From Bacillota bacterium (GTDB taxonomy: Bacteria; Bacillota; Dethiobacteria; DTU022): a stretch of 61,118 nucleotides of DNA. Below the pieces are notes generated by a model. The model worked only from the letters and a program-made list of their open reading frames with translations, was not told the DNA's origin and ran no database searches. A program made the position numbers and the translations under genes. The DNA lies in the NCBI GenBank assembly GCA_018400435.1, contig JAGYMW010000001.1, positions 1 to 61,118 on the forward strand. The letters run 5' to 3'. How positions within the stretch are numbered: position 1 is the stretch's first letter; each line of letters opens with the position of its first letter. This document shows, piece after piece, positions 50,740 to 60,733 of this stretch.

Positions 50740-50813
50740 CCGGTAAAATATTTACCGGAGTGGAATATAGGACAGCCCTGTATACTGTTAGTCTGACCTG
50801 GCGGTATACAGGG
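50740..50813 (+). other. Two stable intercistronic hairpins between pstS and pstC
   Basis: CCGGTAAA-ATA-TTTACCGG (50740-50758) and CCCTGTATAC-18 nt-GTATACAGGG (50776-50813). Confidence 0.7.
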
Positions 50814-50864
50814 TACCAATCGTAATCTGGCAATAAAGAATAAGTAACAGCGAGGAGGATCCTG

Positions 50865-51743
50865 TTGCCTGCTATAACTGAAAAAATAATGAAAATTATT
50901 TTCTGGCTCAGCGGAATGGCTATTATCTTTTTCCTGGCGGGGATTATGTTTACCCTGCTTTCGAACAGCATTCCGGCTTTCGAAGAAATTGGCCTGAAGC
51001 CTTTTTTCACTGATGGGGTCTGGAGACCTTCAGCATTTGCTGAACCGACCTACAGTTTGCTCAATATGATCATGGGTACTTTCATGGTCACTGCCGGGGC
51101 ACTGGCCTTTGCTGTGCCTGTGGGGATAGCTGCAGCTGCCTATCTTTCGGAAATTGCCTCGCCGTGGGAAAGAGAATTTTTTAAACCCATTGTTGAAATT
51201 TTAGCCGGAATCCCTTCTGTCGTTCTCGGGTTTATCGGCCTGGTTGTTCTTGCTCCCCTGCTTGCCGCCGTCTTTAATATTCCCAGCGGCATCAATGCTC
51301 TGAACGGGGCTATTCTGGTTGGGGTAATGGCTTTGCCGACTATAATCACCCTTGCCGAGGATGCCATAACCGCCGTACCCGGGGAGTACCGGCACGCTTC
51401 CCTGGCCCTGGGGGCTACCCGCTGGCAGACCATCTGGAAAGTAACCATACCGGCAGCTTTCTCCGGTATATCAGCTGCTGTCATGCTGGGGATGGGCAGA
51501 GCTATTGGCGAAACGATGACTGTTCTGATGGTTACCGGAAACATGATTGCCAGGCCCACTTCTTACCTTGATTCGGTCAGGACTTTGAGCGCCAACATTG
51601 CAGTAGAAATAGGAGATGTGGTCTTTAATTCATTACATTTTCATGCTCTTTTTGTCGTCGGTCTTGTCCTTTTTATGATTACTTTTATCGTTAACCTAAT
51701 GGCTGATATTCTTATTCACCGTAAACCGGAGGTGAACAGATGA
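50865..51743 (+). CDS. pstC: Phosphate ABC transporter permease PstC
   Basis: Six-TM permease with an EAA-type loop ..AEDAITAVPGEYRHASLALGATRWQTIWKV... Confidence 0.9.
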   Translation: MPAITEKIMKIIFWLSGMAIIFFLAGIMFTLLSNSIPAFEEIGLKPFFTDGVWRPSAFAEPTYSLLNMIMGTFMVTAGALAFAVPVGIAAAAYLSEIASPWEREFFKPIVEILAGIPSVVLGFIGLVVLAPLLAAVFNIPSGINALNGAILVGVMALPTIITLAEDAITAVPGEYRHASLALGATRWQTIWKVTIPAAFSGISAAVMLGMGRAIGETMTVLMVTGNMIARPTSYLDSVRTLSANIAVEIGDVVFNSLHFHALFVVGLVLFMITFIVNLMADILIHRKPEVNR

Positions 51744-52627
51744 ATAGAAATAAAAATATCAGTAGCGTCCGGGAATGGAAGGGTGCTGAACTGGCCGGCT
51801 GCTGGTTGCTGCGTTTTTCTCTCATTCTGGTCCTTTTCATTCTTGGGTTTATCATCTACGACCTGGTGAGTAAGGGCCTGGAGGTTATTAACTGGGAATT
51901 TTTATCCGACTCACCCCGGGTGGGAATGACCGAGGGAGGTATTCTTCCCGCTATTATCGGGACCTTCTATGTTACCCTGATTACCATTGCTTTTGCTGTG
52001 CCTTTTGGAGTGGCGGCGGCAATTTACCTCAACGAATATGCAGTGCAGGGGCGTATTACCAGGCTGGTGCGGATGGCCCTGCGCAACCTTGCCGGTGTGC
52101 CGTCCATAGTATTCGGGCTGTTTGGAATGGCGGTGTTCGTCAAATTATTCGGTTTCGGCCCTTCGCTTATTGCTGCCGGTTTTACTCTTGGGTTGCTGAC
52201 TCTGCCGGTTACTGTTACCGCTGCAGAAGAAGCGCTCTCTACCGTCCCGCGTTCATACCGGGAGGGCTCATTTGCCCTGGGGGCGACCCGCTGGCAGGTA
52301 GTGCGGACGGTTGTTTTGCCGCGGGCTATGCCCGGGATTTTAACCGGGACAATTCTCGGCCTGGCCAGGGCGGCTGGAGAGACAGCTCCCATACTGGCTA
52401 CAGGTGCAGCATTTTTTCTGCCCTACCTGCCCGACTCAGTTTTCAGCCAGTTCATGGCTTTGCCCTATCATCTTTTCATCATGTCCACGCAGCACCATGA
52501 TATTGCTGCAGTCAGGCCCATTGCTTATGGAACAGCCCTGGTCCTCGTTGTCCTTGTCTTTTTTCTAAACCTGGTGGCGGTTGTTCTGCGCAGGCGGTTC
52601 AGAAGTAGGGCAGCTAAAGGACTCTAA
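51740..52627 (+). CDS. pstA: Phosphate ABC transporter permease PstA
   Basis: ..AEEALSTVPRSYREGSFALGATRWQVVRTVVLP.. Its ATGA overlaps the pstC stop. Confidence 0.9.
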   Translation: MNRNKNISSVREWKGAELAGCWLLRFSLILVLFILGFIIYDLVSKGLEVINWEFLSDSPRVGMTEGGILPAIIGTFYVTLITIAFAVPFGVAAAIYLNEYAVQGRITRLVRMALRNLAGVPSIVFGLFGMAVFVKLFGFGPSLIAAGFTLGLLTLPVTVTAAEEALSTVPRSYREGSFALGATRWQVVRTVVLPRAMPGILTGTILGLARAAGETAPILATGAAFFLPYLPDSVFSQFMALPYHLFIMSTQHHDIAAVRPIAYGTALVLVVLVFFLNLVAVVLRRRFRSRAAKGL

Positions 52628-52738
52628 TGTAATTTAATTTCGGAGTATTTATAGACAGAATACTGAGGAAAAACCTGGCCGGAGATTTAATCTATCGATA
52701 AGGAAGGAGCGTGAGACAGGTTCGCTATTAAGAACCGA

Positions 52739-53590
52739 ATGATGATGCAAATTGTTAACACTCTAAAAAATGAAAATAAGCTTCATCCCCCTTTAACCAA
52801 TAATAGTAGTGAAGAAAGCGCTTTAACAGGAAAGGATCACTTTGAGGTTAAGGTAGAAAATCTGCAATTTTTCTATGGCCGGAAGCAGGCTCTCTTTGAT
52901 ATTAATATTGAAGCACAGGAAAAAGGGGTAACCGCATTAATCGGCCCGTCGGGCTGTGGTAAAACCACTTTTTTGAGGGTGCTGAACAGAATGAACGATC
53001 TCGTTACGGATACACATCTCGAAGGCAGAGTTTGCATCCAGGGTAGGGATATTTACGATCCTGCAACCGATGTTGTCGAGCTGCGAAAAAGGGTGGGGAT
53101 GGTTTTTCAGCAGCCTAATCCATTTCCAAAAAGCATTTTTGATAATATTGCTTACGGGCCCCGCATTCACGGAGAAAAGAACAAAAACAGGTTGAGTGAA
53201 ATCGTTGAAAAAAGTTTACAGGGAGCGGCATTGTGGGATGAAGTAAAAGATCGTCTTTACGATCCGGCTCTTTCTCTTTCCGGGGGGCAGCAGCAGAGGC
53301 TTTGCATTGCCAGGGTCCTCGCGGTTCAGCCGAAAATTTTACTGATGGATGAGCCTACTTCGGCCGTTGACCCGATTGCCACCCAGCGGATCGAAGACCT
53401 GGTCCGGGAACTCTGTCGTGACTATACTATCATTATTGTTACCCACAACATGCAGCAGGCCGCCAGAATTTCAGATTACACCGGTTTTTTCCTCCAGGGA
53501 GAACTAATTGAATGGGGTGAAACCAGCCGTATTTTTACCAGACCCCGGGATCAGCGCACTGAAGATTATATCACCGGCCGGTTTGGATAA
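52739..53590 (+). CDS. pstB: Phosphate ABC transporter ATPase PstB
   Basis: Walker [10 protein letters not shown], signature [13 protein letters not shown], Walker [14 protein letters not shown]. Which of three consecutive ATGs is used is unknown. Confidence 0.95.
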   Translation: MMMQIVNTLKNENKLHPPLTNNSSEESALTGKDHFEVKVENLQFFYGRKQALFDINIEAQEKGVTALIGPSGCGKTTFLRVLNRMNDLVTDTHLEGRVCIQGRDIYDPATDVVELRKRVGMVFQQPNPFPKSIFDNIAYGPRIHGEKNKNRLSEIVEKSLQGAALWDEVKDRLYDPALSLSGGQQQRLCIARVLAVQPKILLMDEPTSAVDPIATQRIEDLVRELCRDYTIIIVTHNMQQAARISDYTGFFLQGELIEWGETSRIFTRPRDQRTEDYITGRFG

Positions 53591-53616
53591 GCCGGCAGAG
53601 GGAGAGATTGAAGCAC

Positions 53617-54294
53617 ATGGATAAATCGGAATTTACTGAACGGAAAGTGGTATTCGAGGAGAAAATGAATGGTCTCCAGGAGAAACTGCAGTACATGGGC
53701 AGCCTGGTCGAAGAGGCGATTGCCCGCGCTATCGAATCTTTAAAAAAACAGGATCCGAACCTGGCCCGGGCAGTGATCGAGGGTGATGATCGCATTGACG
53801 ACCTGGAGCAGGAGATTGAAGAGAAGTGCCTGGAAGTAATCGCCACCCAGCAGCCTATGGCCAGGGATCTGCGTCGAGTAGCTACTCTTTTTAAGATGAT
53901 CAATGATCTTGAAAGAATGGCTGACTATGCGACCAGCATTGCAAAAATTACCATACGGATCGGCCAGCAGCCCTTTGTTAAGCCCCTTGTGGACATTCCC
54001 CGGATGGCTTTCTTAAGTCAGAAAATGGTCAAGCAATCCCTTGACGCTTATGTGCGCGAAGATGTAGAGTTGGCCTTGACTGTGGGAACTGACGATGATG
54101 AAATTGATCACCTTTTTGGGCAGATCTTTCGAGAATTACTCACGATCATGATGGAGAATCCGAAAACGATAACCCAGGCTGCCCAGCTTCTTTTCGTTGG
54201 ACGCTGGCTCGAACGTATTTCCGATCATGCCACGAATATTGCCGAGGAGGTAATCTTTCTGGTTACCGGTGAGAAGAAAAACCTTAATGATTAA
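53617..54294 (+). CDS. phoU: Phosphate signalling complex protein PhoU
   Basis: Two PhoU repeats (..DDRIDDLEQEIE.. and ..DDEIDHLFGQIF..) and ..ERISDHATNIAE.. ATG 53617 is preferred over TTG 53608, which abuts the SD. Confidence 0.9.
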   Translation: MDKSEFTERKVVFEEKMNGLQEKLQYMGSLVEEAIARAIESLKKQDPNLARAVIEGDDRIDDLEQEIEEKCLEVIATQQPMARDLRRVATLFKMINDLERMADYATSIAKITIRIGQQPFVKPLVDIPRMAFLSQKMVKQSLDAYVREDVELALTVGTDDDEIDHLFGQIFRELLTIMMENPKTITQAAQLLFVGRWLERISDHATNIAEEVIFLVTGEKKNLND

Positions 54295-54334
54295 AGATAA
54301 CTTGCTGCAGAACCTTAAAGCGAGTGGTTAAAAA

Positions 54335-55198
54335 CTAGTTATTCCCACCCGGAGATTCTGAATTCTCCTTGAGCCTGTCTTCCAGCCATTCCTGGAGGAA
54401 TGTAAAGACCTGCTCTTTATCCGGTTCATTATGCAGCTCATGGAAGTAACCGTCCCATAGTTTCAGGGTGCACCGACTGGGAAGAAGAGCCGCCAGTTCT
54501 TTTGAGCCTGCCGCGTAAGTAATATGGTCAGCGGTTCCGTGCATGATTAATAAAGGCAGATCGATGGAAGAGGCCTTTTCGAAAACGCATGATATCGCTT
54601 TTAACATTTCCTTGCCGGCGTGCAGGGAAATCCGATCATGAACGAATGAATCCTGCTTGTATGCTTCAACTATACTTCTATCCCGGGAAAGTCCATTCAG
54701 ATCAAGGCCGTTGGCAATACTTACCCGGGGAATGAGTGAGCCCAGGATTTGAGCAGCCAGGACTTTTCCCTTTTGTTCATTGATCATGGTTCTCAAACCA
54801 GGGCTGGTTACCACCGCTCCTTTCAGCTGCGGGTGGCGCTGCACCAGGTAATAAAGGACAAGGAGTCCTCCAAGGCTGTGCCCGTAAATAAAGATCGGTT
54901 TTCCTGGGTAACGGTTTCTTGCTTTTTCAATCATGATTGTGATGTCGTCGGCATAACGATCAAAGGAAGGAGTATCGCCGCGCCGCCCATCGGAAAGGCC
55001 GTGGCCGCGGAGATCGAAAGACAAAGTCACATAACCGGCCCCGGTCAGCAGATCAGCCCAATGACCGTAACGGCCGGAATGCTCGCCCAGGCCGTGGACG
55101 AGACAGATTACCCCTTTTCCCTGCTCTTCAGGTTCCCATGTCCGGGCCAGAAGATTAACACCGTCTTCAGTCAACCAGTAAGTTTCTTCATGTTTCAT
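54335..55198 (-). CDS. Alpha/beta hydrolase (lysophospholipase/monoacylglycerol-lipase-like)
   Basis: HGLGEHSGRY, nucleophile elbow GHSLGG, and C-terminal ..GYFHELHNEP... Confidence 0.8.
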   Translation of the reverse strand: MKHEETYWLTEDGVNLLARTWEPEEQGKGVICLVHGLGEHSGRYGHWADLLTGAGYVTLSFDLRGHGLSDGRRGDTPSFDRYADDITIMIEKARNRYPGKPIFIYGHSLGGLLVLYYLVQRHPQLKGAVVTSPGLRTMINEQKGKVLAAQILGSLIPRVSIANGLDLNGLSRDRSIVEAYKQDSFVHDRISLHAGKEMLKAISCVFEKASSIDLPLLIMHGTADHITYAAGSKELAALLPSRCTLKLWDGYFHELHNEPDKEQVFTFLQEWLEDRLKENSESPGGNN

Positions 55199-55458
55199 AT
55201 TACTCTGCTCCTCATTTCCAGGTTATAATATCATTTTAGCGATATCAGAAAAGCTGTTTTGTTGGTATAAACCCGGTAAGTTTTTTCACACCTGTTGCTT
55301 CAGTGAAAAAATCCGGGCTATTTTCATCGCAAACTGACTTTGTCAATATATTAATCCTGCTCTTGCATCCATGGGATACCTGTTGCGAGCTTCCGATCAA
55401 AGACTGCACCGCGTCGGTGTATACCCTGTCCCAGGCAGCGGCCGGAAGGGGGTTTTAT

Positions 55459-58221
55459 TTAGATATCTCCTTTCTCAACCATGCTGAAGAATATTTCAAC
55501 GATACGGGGGTCGAAATGTTTACCGCTTTCCTCGCGGATATATTCCAGGGCTTCCTTTCTGTCCCAGGCCGGCCGATAGGGGCGCTCGCTGTTCAGGGCA
55601 TCGAATACATCGGCCACGGCAAAAATCCTGGCGGCCAGGGGAATCTCCGAATCCCTGAGCCCCCGGGGGTAACCGCTGCCGTCCCATTTTTCATGGTGGC
55701 AGTAAGGAATATCAAGAGCGGGCCTCAGATATTCGATCGGTGATAGAAGCTGGTAGGCAAAGACGGGATGTTTTTTCATCATGGCCCATTCTTCGGCGGT
55801 AAGTTTGTCCGGTTTATGAAGAATGGAATCGGGAATGCCCACTTTGCCGATGTCGTGGAGCAGTGCTCCACGGCGGATATGCACTCTTTCTGCAGATGAA
55901 ACACCGGCGGCTTCCGCAATTTTCAAGGTCATATCGGTTACCCTTTTGCTGTGATTATCCGTTTCGTGATCGCGCAGTTCGAGAGCCTTGGACCACCCTT
56001 CCAGGGTGGCATCATAAGCCAGGGTTAGCTCAAGATTGGCCTGCTGGATATCTTCAAAAAGCTGGCTGTTGTTGATGGCGATGGCTGCCTGCAAGGCCAG
56101 GCTTTCCAGGAAATCGAGCCAGTCGGTTTCCATTCGGAAAGGCTTCTTACCAAAGACTTCCAGGACCCCTTTTACCTCCCTCTTGACCGTTAATGGAATA
56201 CAGATGTAACCGGAAAACTGGTCTCCTTTCAGCCACTGGAAAAGGCTCTCTTTATCGGGCAGGTCGTTGATATCATAGACATGGATAGTCCGCCTTTCAC
56301 GTACTGCCTGCCCCGCCATCGTATCCTGGATGGCCAGGGAAAATTTTTGCAGTGATTTGCTGCGGAATCCTTTCCCGGCGGCAAATTCTAGCACCTTTAA
56401 ATCGTGATTGAGCAGTAACACTGCCGCTGCATCGACCGAAAGCTGGCTGAGCAGGTGCACCAGGAGAATATTTAAAGTTAGCTGCAGGTCCTGGCTGGCG
56501 ATAATGCTTGTGTCGATTGTCCTTGTTGCCTGCAACCTCCGCAGTCTTTTTACCGCTTCTTCATGCAGGGTAATCCGGTGAACAGCAGTCCCGGCCATAT
56601 CTCCCAGGGACAAAAGAAGCTTCAGATTATCAGGAGTAATTTTCCGCGGCAGCGGCACGGCCAGGGTAAGAGTGCCGATTACCCGTCGGTCGACTTTTAA
56701 GGGAATGGAAGCTCCTCCCCATCCTTCAGGGACGCGATCTGGGTGCCTGAAATTTTGATCGGTAGAGAATTCTTCGGATACATAAGGTCCCCCGGTATTA
56801 AAAACCATACCGGTGATCCCTTCACCCTGTTTCAAGCTGATATCCTGCAGCTCCCGGAACCATCCCCGGGTGACGAGATGACGCATTACTTTTCTGTCAT
56901 CATCATAGAGGAGAATCGCTCCAGCTTCGGTTTCAAAAGCCTTCAGTGTTTCATCAAGGAGCAGTGAAAGCATTTCTTCAACCGTTTCTGCCGATCGCAG
57001 GGAGGAGGAGACACTGTACAGAGCTTCCAGTTCGCCCAGGCGCCTTTTAAGAACGTGCTCTATTTCAACGCGTTCGGTAATGTCAATTGCCGACGTGGTT
57101 GCTCCAATAATTTTGCCCTGTTCGTCTTTTAGCGGTTCAGCGGCTATATCGTAGATATGATCTCTATCAGAAACCGGAAAAGAGATCACTTCTCTCTGTT
57201 TTTTCCCCGTTTCAATGGTTTTCTTTTTCAGGGCTATTAATTTTCTGGTTCCCTCGTTATCTGCCAGTTCATCGTCCTTTTTGCCGATGACGGTTGAAGG
57301 ATCAAAATCAGGTTGGGGGTTGTGGATCCAAGTATAGCGCAGATCACGATCGACATGGGCAACGATGATCTGGGAATTCCTGATAGCGACCCGGAACCTC
57401 TCTTCGCTTTTCAAAAGCCTGGCATGTTCACGGGCAAGGCAGGCCTGATTATAAGCATTTTCAAGGGCCGCCGGTAGCTGAAAAAGATAGCCCTGCTGCT
57501 TGACCAGGTAATCAGAAGCTCCCAGCCGCAGGGCCTGCAGGGCGGTTTCCTCATCACCCTGGTCGGTAATCAGGACTGCCGGAACCGTAATATCCCTGTT
57601 CTGCTGAAGAGCTTTCAGCAGTTCCAGGGCACTTAAACCGGGCAGGCGGTAATCGATCAGGCAGATATCGCATAACTGTTCAATATAACCTGTCGAAATG
57701 AGGTCTAAGATTTTATCGGTCGATTGCTCAACTTGCAGGCGGATGTGCGGAGCATAACGTGCCAGGTGCTTGCGGGTAAGGTCAACATTAGCGGCATCAT
57801 GTACAATGTACAGGACTGTTATCGGAGAAACACCCCTTTTCGAAAATGATTGAAATCTGTCCAGGGCATTTTCCAGCATCTCCGCGGCCTGCCTGAAGTA
57901 GTGGTCGTTTTTTATCATATAATCATTGGCGCCGGCTTTCAGCGCGGCAATGGCCGATTCTTCATCTCCCTGACCGGTAAAAATAACGGTGGCCAGCGGT
58001 AGATCATTTTGCCGGATTTCCGACAGCAACTCGATGCCGCTGCCGTCGGGAAGGTGGAGGTCAATTAGGGCCAGTTCGTATTGTGTTTCCTGCAAGCAGG
58101 TTTTCGCCTCCGCCAGGTTGGCGGCCACTTCGATGTCGAACTTCCGGGGAGATCCGTCCAGTGCTCTTTTTAGCAGTTCAACATCAGCCTCATTATCTTC
58201 AACATAGAGCAGCTTCATCAA
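55459..58221 (-). CDS. Multi-domain signalling protein REC-REC-PAS-GAF-GAF-HD-GYP (probable c-di-GMP phosphodiesterase)
   Basis: Two receiver domains (..LALIDLHLPDGSG.. and ..ICLIDYRLPGLSA..), one PAS domain, two GAF-like regions. C-terminal HD-GYP: ..HSKRV.., ..LLHDIGKVGIPD.., ..HHEKWDGSGYPRGL.. Start is TTG 58221 or ATG 58218. Confidence 0.85.
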   Translation of the reverse strand: MMKLLYVEDNEADVELLKRALDGSPRKFDIEVAANLAEAKTCLQETQYELALIDLHLPDGSGIELLSEIRQNDLPLATVIFTGQGDEESAIAALKAGANDYMIKNDHYFRQAAEMLENALDRFQSFSKRGVSPITVLYIVHDAANVDLTRKHLARYAPHIRLQVEQSTDKILDLISTGYIEQLCDICLIDYRLPGLSALELLKALQQNRDITVPAVLITDQGDEETALQALRLGASDYLVKQQGYLFQLPAALENAYNQACLAREHARLLKSEERFRVAIRNSQIIVAHVDRDLRYTWIHNPQPDFDPSTVIGKKDDELADNEGTRKLIALKKKTIETGKKQREVISFPVSDRDHIYDIAAEPLKDEQGKIIGATTSAIDITERVEIEHVLKRRLGELEALYSVSSSLRSAETVEEMLSLLLDETLKAFETEAGAILLYDDDRKVMRHLVTRGWFRELQDISLKQGEGITGMVFNTGGPYVSEEFSTDQNFRHPDRVPEGWGGASIPLKVDRRVIGTLTLAVPLPRKITPDNLKLLLSLGDMAGTAVHRITLHEEAVKRLRRLQATRTIDTSIIASQDLQLTLNILLVHLLSQLSVDAAAVLLLNHDLKVLEFAAGKGFRSKSLQKFSLAIQDTMAGQAVRERRTIHVYDINDLPDKESLFQWLKGDQFSGYICIPLTVKREVKGVLEVFGKKPFRMETDWLDFLESLALQAAIAINNSQLFEDIQQANLELTLAYDATLEGWSKALELRDHETDNHSKRVTDMTLKIAEAAGVSSAERVHIRRGALLHDIGKVGIPDSILHKPDKLTAEEWAMMKKHPVFAYQLLSPIEYLRPALDIPYCHHEKWDGSGYPRGLRDSEIPLAARIFAVADVFDALNSERPYRPAWDRKEALEYIREESGKHFDPRIVEIFFSMVEKGDI

Positions 58222-58613
58222 TTTATGTCTCCTTTCCGCCAGGAGGAATCTACAGATAAAAGGTGGAACAGTAGTGTCCGGCCAGCAGTTTATCCATAAC
58301 CTTCGATAACCTTTCTTTGGTCTGTATTAATTGAACCGTTACCTACTTTCAGGTCGGTTTATATTTATAATATATCACCGGATTGTTTTTAAATCAGGCT
58401 AATGCTTTGCCATATCCGGCATCATCTTTTGGTTGACCGTCGGCAAAGTCAGTTTGCGGTTTTATGCCCCTGGCCGGCGATTTTGTTATCGATTAGTAAA
58501 AAAATATTTTCTACTCCCCTGGGGTTTGTGCCGGTTCTGAAGCAGGGCAGAACTTGGTTCGCAGCATATTCTGTCCGGTCACCTGTAAAGGATGAAAATA
58601 TTTTGTCACATAT

Positions 58614-58642
58614 ATTATAGATTGTTCGGATTTTAAAGTAAA
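58614..58642 (-). promoter_or_regulatory. Candidate sigma-A promoter about 390 nt upstream of the HD-GYP gene
   Basis: Minus strand: TTTACT-17 nt-TATAAT. Confidence 0.5.
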
Positions 58643-58723
58643 CTTATTTTGTTAGATCTTTACATTATTCAGGCAGTAATAATAATCAATGCCTGCATGT
58701 GCGTGATAAGAATTTTTTATATG

Positions 58724-58752
58724 AAAAGCGGACGGGATATCCTGTCCGCTTT
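58724..58752 (-). terminator. Intrinsic terminator after the BCCT transporter gene
   Basis: Minus strand: AAAGCGGACAGGAT/ATCCCGTCCGC, then UUUUCAU. Confidence 0.8.
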
Positions 58753-58772
58753 AAAATGTGCCCGAATACGGT

Positions 58773-60284
58773 TTATTTTATTCTATCACCGGCAAAACTT
58801 TTCACCAGCGAGTAACACATTACCAGCATAATGAGCATGAAAGGAAAAGCCGAGGCAATGGAAGCAGTCTGCAGAGCTCCGAGTCCGCCGGCAACGAGAA
58901 GAACAGCGGCTACACCCCCCAGCAAAATGCCCCATGTTGCTTTTAATTTACGATCTGGTTCCTGGTTTCCGCCGGAGGTAAGCATGGCTACAACAAAAGT
59001 CCCCGAATCGGCCGAGGTGATAAAGAAAGCGGCAATCAGAATGATGGCCAGAAGTGAGGTGATTGAGCTCAGCGGAAAATTGCCCAGCGTGACAAAGAGG
59101 GCGCTGGCGATATTTTCTGAGACTGCCGAGCTGATACCGGCATTGCCCAGGATATCAAGGTTAAGGGCAGTACCACCGAAAATGGCCAGCCAGATGAAGC
59201 TGAAAGCGGTTGGGGCGACCAGCGATCCGATAATGAACTCCCGGATGGTTCGACCGCGGGAAATACGGGCGATAAACTGACCGACAAAGGGCCCCCAGGC
59301 AATCCACCAGGCCCAGTAAAAGACGGTCCAGCCGTTTATCCAACCCTCTTCGTTAATCGGATCTGTCCATAGGCTCATATAAATTAAATTTTGCAGGTAA
59401 TCACCGATAGTACTGGTCAGCAGGTTGAAAATTGACCGCGTCGGTCCGAAGAGCAGCAAAAATAACATAATCAACAAGGCCAGTCGAACGGTATTGTTGG
59501 CGATGAATTTGATTCCTTTTTCGATACCCAGAACGGCAGCCAGGGTAAACACGCCGGTAATGACGGCTATAATCAAAATGTTAATGACATTGTTCTCCGG
59601 AATGCCGTATAACATACTTAGTCCGGTGTTAATCTGCATAGTGCCGAGGCCGAGAGAAGTGCCCAGGCCGAAGACTGTAGCGAAAACGGCCAGTATATCG
59701 ATGGCCTTGCCGATCGGTCCGTGTACCCGTTCGCCGAGGATGGGCTGAAAAATGGAGCTGATCAGGGCAGGCATACCTTTGCGGAACTGAAAATAGGCCA
59801 GGGCCAGACCGACAAGCGCGAACACAGCCCAGGGATGCAATCCCCAGTGAAAGAAAGTATAGCGCATCGCCAGTTCGGCGGAAGCGGCCGTCCCTGCTTC
59901 TCCGTAAGGAGGGTTTATGTAATGTGTAATCGGTTCGGCAATGCTCCAGAAGACGAGGCCGATACCCATGCCAGTGGTAAAAAGCATGGCGAACCAGGCC
60001 GGAGTGCTGAATTCCGGCTTTTCATCATCACCGCCGAGTTTAATTTTACCAAAGGGTGAGACTGCAATGCCGATGACAAAGAGCAGTACGAAGAATACGG
60101 CGATCAGGTAAAGCCAGCCGAAATTGACGGTTAAAAAGTTCAGAGCATTTCCGGCTACGATATGAAGGTTTTCCGGGAAAACGGCTCCCCAGATCACGAA
60201 AAGAAAAGTCAGCAACAGGGAAATGTAAAGCACCGTTTTTCCTACCGGGGCAGGGAGATTTTGTTTAGACTTGGATCTGGCCAT
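58773..60284 (-). CDS. BCCT-family (betaine/carnitine/choline) transporter
   Basis: 12-TM protein with the BCCT signature ..WTVFYWAWWIAWGPFVGQFIARISRGRTIREF... Confidence 0.9.
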   Translation of the reverse strand: MARSKSKQNLPAPVGKTVLYISLLLTFLFVIWGAVFPENLHIVAGNALNFLTVNFGWLYLIAVFFVLLFVIGIAVSPFGKIKLGGDDEKPEFSTPAWFAMLFTTGMGIGLVFWSIAEPITHYINPPYGEAGTAASAELAMRYTFFHWGLHPWAVFALVGLALAYFQFRKGMPALISSIFQPILGERVHGPIGKAIDILAVFATVFGLGTSLGLGTMQINTGLSMLYGIPENNVINILIIAVITGVFTLAAVLGIEKGIKFIANNTVRLALLIMLFLLLFGPTRSIFNLLTSTIGDYLQNLIYMSLWTDPINEEGWINGWTVFYWAWWIAWGPFVGQFIARISRGRTIREFIIGSLVAPTAFSFIWLAIFGGTALNLDILGNAGISSAVSENIASALFVTLGNFPLSSITSLLAIILIAAFFITSADSGTFVVAMLTSGGNQEPDRKLKATWGILLGGVAAVLLVAGGLGALQTASIASAFPFMLIMLVMCYSLVKSFAGDRIK

Positions 60285-60328
60285 GATATTTTCCTTTCTG
60301 TAAAATATGATAATGTCGTGAGCAGTAT

Positions 60329-60356
60329 TTTATATGTTGGAGTAAATGAATGTCAA
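60329..60356 (-). promoter_or_regulatory. Candidate sigma-A promoter for the BCCT transporter gene
   Basis: Minus strand: TTGACA-16 nt-TATAAA. Short leader of about 45 nt. Confidence 0.5.
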
Positions 60357-60469
60357 GCATTTATGCAATAATTATCAAAACGTTTAACTGACTGTGATTT
60401 TTATGGAATTTCATCACTCTGTTTTTATCCGGGCATTCCCTGTTTCGTATTTAAATATAAATACTGGCA

Positions 60470-60510
60470 TAAAAAACAGAAACATTCCCTTTTACCAGGA
60501 ATGCTTCTGT
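60470..60510 (-). terminator. Intrinsic terminator after csp
   Basis: Minus strand: ACAGAAGCATTCC-9 nt-GGAATGTTTCTGT, then TTTTTT. Confidence 0.8.
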
Positions 60511-60535
60511 GGCAATGCTTTTTCGGTTTTCCTAT

Positions 60536-60733
60536 TTAGATGGCAACAACATTGGCTGCCTGTTTGCCGCGTTCGCCTTCAACCACGTCAAACTCAACCG
60601 ACTGGCCTTCATCGAGGGTTTTAAATCCTTCGCTCTGAATGGCCGAGAAATGAACAAAGACATCATTACCTTCTTCAGTTTCGATGAAACCGTAGCCTTT
60701 GTCCGGGTTAAACCATTTTACTTTCCCCTGCAT
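60536..60733 (-). CDS. Cold-shock protein (CspA family)
   Basis: [27 protein letters not shown].. contains the RNP1/RNP2 motifs. Confidence 0.95.
   Translation of the reverse strand: MQGKVKWFNPDKGYGFIETEEGNDVFVHFSAIQSEGFKTLDEGQSVEFDVVEGERGKQAANVVAI

Noticed and set aside
58222-58650. c-di-GMP (GEMM-I/II) riboswitch upstream of the HD-GYP gene.
   Set aside because: I could not find the remembered conserved cores (e.g. GGCAAACC..GAAA..ACGCAAAGC). It is kept only as an unclassified structured leader.
58402-58946. Plus-strand ORFs 58402..58620, 58649..58831 and 58758..58946 in or near the BCCT/HD-GYP intergenic region.
   Set aside because: No SD. They overlap a terminator or the BCCT gene antisense, and show no family resemblance.
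60285-60535. c-di-AMP (ydaO) or glycine-betaine-type riboswitch upstream of the BCCT transporter gene.
   Set aside because: A good promoter leaves only about 45 nt of leader. The rest of the gap is the csp terminator.
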